The notes under the pieces: model-generated
Databases searched by the model: none
What the model saw: the letters and a program-made list of their open reading frames with translations, nothing else
Told to the model about the DNA's origin: nothing
Shown here: positions 60,840 through 64,000 of the stretch, piece after piece
Numbering within the stretch: the first letter of the stretch is position 1
How the letters are laid out: each line of letters opens with the position of its first letter
Source of the DNA: Flavobacteriaceae bacterium
GTDB taxonomy: Bacteria; Bacteroidota; Bacteroidia; Flavobacteriales; Flavobacteriaceae
Length of the DNA: 64,000 nucleotides
NCBI GenBank assembly: GCA_029242825.1
Contig: JAQWTF010000004.1
Coordinates: 571 to 64,570, forward strand
Direction: 5' to 3'
Made by a program: the position numbers and the translations under genes

Positions 60840-61706
60840 CTACTTTTTAAAACCGCTTAGGTTTTGATTTATAAAGTCTTTTGGGAAATTTTCATCCCCA
60901 TCGAACCCCAGGGTTAGGTGGGGATTTTTTTTTGGTAAGTAATACGTATTGAATAGATAGTCCCAAAGGCTTAAACTGATTCCAAAATTCACGCCAAAAC
61001 GACCTTCAGGAAGTGATTTTGCATGGTGATAAAGGTGCATTACTGGATTATTGATCAAGTATTTTAGAGGCCCCCAATCAAGGGCTAAATTCGCATGATT
61101 TAAATGACCAATGGCAATTGAGATAAAATGAACAACAAAGGCTTGTTCTGGCTCAAAACCTCCCAATAACATAATGGCTAAGGTCTTTAATGGTTTGTAA
61201 AGAATGTTCTCCATCCAATGATACCTCAAATGAGCTGCAAAACCCATTTCTTTCACGGAATGATGCACTTTGTGGAACTGCCAAAAGAACGGAACCTTGT
61301 GAAGCGCAATATGCGTGAACCATTGAACAAAATCTAGAAGAACAAAGAACACCAAAAGACCCAACCAAGCCGGTAATTGATTTACATCTAGTAAGGCAAT
61401 AGAATGGATGGTCATACCGTAGGCAGAAAAAAGATTTCCCAGAATGACATATAAACCACTAATAACACTTGAGAACACAAAAAAATTAAAATACATATAG
61501 GCCGCGTCCAGCCAAAAGTCTTTCCTAAAAACCTTTTGCTCTTTACGCCATGGAAATAGTAATTCCAAACCCCATACAACAAGGGAGATTAATGTTAGCC
61601 CCCAAAAATAATTTTGATTCCAGGGAACATCGAAAATGATGGATCTATAAAACCAACGAAAACTACCACTTATGGTGCTTACAATAACGTCTATATACTC
61701 TATCAT
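60840..61706 (-). CDS. Sterol desaturase / fatty acid hydroxylase family protein
   Basis: His boxes HIALH, HKVHH, HLNH, HLYHH; NFG...WD.LF; multiple TM segments. Confidence 0.92.
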   Translation of the reverse strand: MIEYIDVIVSTISGSFRWFYRSIIFDVPWNQNYFWGLTLISLVVWGLELLFPWRKEQKVFRKDFWLDAAYMYFNFFVFSSVISGLYVILGNLFSAYGMTIHSIALLDVNQLPAWLGLLVFFVLLDFVQWFTHIALHKVPFFWQFHKVHHSVKEMGFAAHLRYHWMENILYKPLKTLAIMLLGGFEPEQAFVVHFISIAIGHLNHANLALDWGPLKYLINNPVMHLYHHAKSLPEGRFGVNFGISLSLWDYLFNTYYLPKKNPHLTLGFDGDENFPKDFINQNLSGFKK

Positions 61707-61793
61707 ATAACAAACTTATTCATTTTTAAGAAAGCCAAAAAATGTTTCACAAATATCGCTGAGAAATCATTGATAATAATGCTCCTGTCATTT

Positions 61794-62390
61794 TTAAGAC
61801 AGACTACTGCTAATCAATTTCATGAATTCGTTTCTCGTAGCTGTTTTTTCGAAAAGCCCTCTAAATCCAGAAGTTGTTGTAACAGAGTTTTGCTTTTGTA
61901 CCCCTCTCATCATCATACACATATGAGAGGCTTCTATAACAACCGCTACACCTTTAGGATCTAGCGTTGTATTAATGCACTCTAAAATATCATGGGTTAA
62001 ACGCTCTTGCACTTGAAGGCGCCTTGCGAAAACATCTACTATTCTTGGAATTTTGCTCAAACCAACAATATGTCCATTGGGTATGTAAGCAATATGAGCT
62101 TTACCAAAAAAAGGCAGCATATGGTGTTCACACATCGAATACAGTTCAATGTCCTTGATAATCACCATGTCGTCATAATCTTCTTTAAACATTGCACCTC
62201 TTAAAATTGCCTCAGGATCTTGATCATAACCTTGTGTCAAAAACTGCATGGCTTTAGCAGCTCTCTCAGGTGTTTTTAGCAAACCCTCTCTAGAAGGGTC
62301 CTCGCCTATGGCATTTAATATGTGGTCGTAATTTTTTTTAACACTTTCAGTAATGGGAGCGTCGTATGAATCTAAATGGGTATAAGACAT
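61794..62390 (-). CDS. folE: GTP cyclohydrolase I
   Basis: [31 protein letters not shown]; start placed at ATG 62390. Confidence 0.96.
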   Translation of the reverse strand: MSYTHLDSYDAPITESVKKNYDHILNAIGEDPSREGLLKTPERAAKAMQFLTQGYDQDPEAILRGAMFKEDYDDMVIIKDIELYSMCEHHMLPFFGKAHIAYIPNGHIVGLSKIPRIVDVFARRLQVQERLTHDILECINTTLDPKGVAVVIEASHMCMMMRGVQKQNSVTTTSGFRGLFEKTATRNEFMKLISSSLS

Positions 62391-62529
62391 TATTTTGTTT
62401 AATATTTTTATTATAACTATAAACAAATTTACAATAAAATAATCATCCCATTACTATAAATTTCCCAAGAATAAACTGGAGACCATCTGAATCCTTATAT
62501 TTACTTTTTAAATACAGAAATATTTTTAG

Positions 62530-63189
62530 ATGATCAAAGCGAATAATATTCGAAAATCTTATGGAGAACTTGAAGTTCTCAAAGGGGTGAACATCCATAT
62601 TAATGAAGGAGAAATAGTGGCTATTGTTGGTGCCTCTGGTGCGGGAAAAACAACGCTATTACAAATATTGGGAACCTTAGAACAACCAAGCAATAAGAAT
62701 GCCGTTATTGAAATAAACCACAAAAATGTTCCACTGTTAAACGCAAAAGAACTGGCCGCATTCAGAAATAAAAACATAGGTTTTATTTTTCAATTTCATC
62801 AATTACTCCCAGAGTTTACAGCCATTGAAAATGTGTGTATTCCTGCATATATTCATGGTGCCTCCAAAGAGCAAGCTACAAAAGACGCTACTGAGTTACT
62901 CAGTTTTCTTGGGCTTTTAGACAGAATACACCACAAGCCAGATGCCCTGTCTGGTGGGGAACAACAAAGAGTAGCTGTAGCAAGGGCTTTAATCAATAAA
63001 CCTGCTGTGGTATTTGCAGATGAACCAAGCGGTAATCTCGATTCAGAGAGTGCACAAGTGCTGCATCAGCTTTTTTTTAAGCTAAGAGATACCTACAAGC
63101 AAACATTCGTGCTTGTAACACACAATGAGTCATTAGCCAAAATGGCAGACAGAACATTTACTATGGTAGACGGTCATATGGTACAATAA
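62530..63189 (+). CDS. lolD: ABC transporter ATP-binding protein, LolD-like
   Basis: [41 protein letters not shown]. Confidence 0.8.
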   Translation: MIKANNIRKSYGELEVLKGVNIHINEGEIVAIVGASGAGKTTLLQILGTLEQPSNKNAVIEINHKNVPLLNAKELAAFRNKNIGFIFQFHQLLPEFTAIENVCIPAYIHGASKEQATKDATELLSFLGLLDRIHHKPDALSGGEQQRVAVARALINKPAVVFADEPSGNLDSESAQVLHQLFFKLRDTYKQTFVLVTHNESLAKMADRTFTMVDGHMVQ

Positions 63190-63950
63190 TGGACAGAGAA
63201 AGCCTAATATCGTTTTTAGAAGAAAAGGTCATTCAATACCAAGAACCGTCTTTTATAGACTCAGATCCTTTACAAATACCCTATTTATTTAATCAAAAAG
63301 AAGACATAGAAATTAGTGCATTTTTAACGGCTACTATTTCGTGGGGGAATAGAAAAAGTATCTTAAAAAACGCCCATTCTTTAATGGATTTAATGGATCA
63401 CACCCCTTTTGACTTTATTTTAAATGCCCAGCAAAGTGACTATGACGCGCTTCACCATTTTAAGCACCGGACTTTTAATGGAACAGATGCCATAGGTTTT
63501 TGCAAAGCACTTAAAAATATCTATTTACACCACGATGGTCTGGAAAACGCTTTTTTAACACAACCGAACAAACCTCTGCAGGAAAACATTAGCCTTTTTA
63601 AAACTATTTTTTTTAGTATTCCACATGAACAAAGAACTACTAAGCATGTTTCTGATCCCTTAAAAGGTTCAGCTGCCAAAAGGCTCAATATGTTTTTGAG
63701 ATGGATGGTCAGGAATCCAAGAGAAAAAGTAGACTTTGGTATTTGGCAAAAGATTTCTCCAAGTGAACTATCTTGTCCATTAGATGTGCACAGCGGCCGA
63801 GTTGCCAGAAAATTAGGGCTATTAAAAAGAACGCAAAACGACGCTAAAGCAGTCATTGAATTAGATCAGTCATTGAGGGATTTAGATCCAATAGACCCTG
63901 TTAAATATGATTTTGCCCTTTTTGGATTAGGTGTTTTTGAAGGGTTTTAA
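63189..63950 (+). CDS. TIGR02757 / DUF2400 family protein
   Basis: FI..DP, SAAKRLNMFLRWMVR, PLDVH, DP.KYDFALFG. Confidence 0.9.
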   Translation: MDRESLISFLEEKVIQYQEPSFIDSDPLQIPYLFNQKEDIEISAFLTATISWGNRKSILKNAHSLMDLMDHTPFDFILNAQQSDYDALHHFKHRTFNGTDAIGFCKALKNIYLHHDGLENAFLTQPNKPLQENISLFKTIFFSIPHEQRTTKHVSDPLKGSAAKRLNMFLRWMVRNPREKVDFGIWQKISPSELSCPLDVHSGRVARKLGLLKRTQNDAKAVIELDQSLRDLDPIDPVKYDFALFGLGVFEGF

Positions 63951-64000
63951 ACCTATTAATTTCAATTTATTTTATTAAATTAGGTGACATAAAAAACCAA

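Noticed and set aside
61765-61785. CATTGATAATAATG as a possible Fur box upstream of the desaturase
   Set aside because: Only a partial match in AT-rich DNA, with weak palindromic symmetry.

Overview
A gene-dense, AT-rich chromosomal window from a member of the Bacteroidota, most likely Flavobacteriaceae. This assignment rests on the lpxC-fabZ fusion, the short region-1.1-less sigma70, porX, and TAnnTTTG promoter elements without obvious Shine-Dalgarno sites. Content is mostly core metabolism: a complete his operon with a His-rich leader peptide and attenuator, the lpxD-lpxC/fabZ-lpxA-efp-lpxD2-sucD-fabG cluster, porX-tsaE, aroB, parE/parC, ychF, serC/serA, menB, folE and many peptidases. I found no rRNA, tRNA, CRISPR array, prophage or IS element. 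The best candidate for an undescribed system is at 57.5-60.8 kb. A 100-aa upstream ORF carries a signal/TM segment, a His-rich HCxxC motif and a C-terminal RPPP (RAPP-like) motif. It sits directly before a His-motif TonB-dependent receptor and a surface lipoprotein, which suggests metal-sensing ribosome-arrest control of an uptake operon. Other notable items are a ParC tail of 21-bp repeats ending in a clamp-binding-like QPTLF, an array of TTACAnnTGTAA palindromes before an XRE regulator, and face-to-face overlapping promoters at the ferredoxin/LuxC-like gene pair. All product calls are from motif recognition by eye; no database searches were run.
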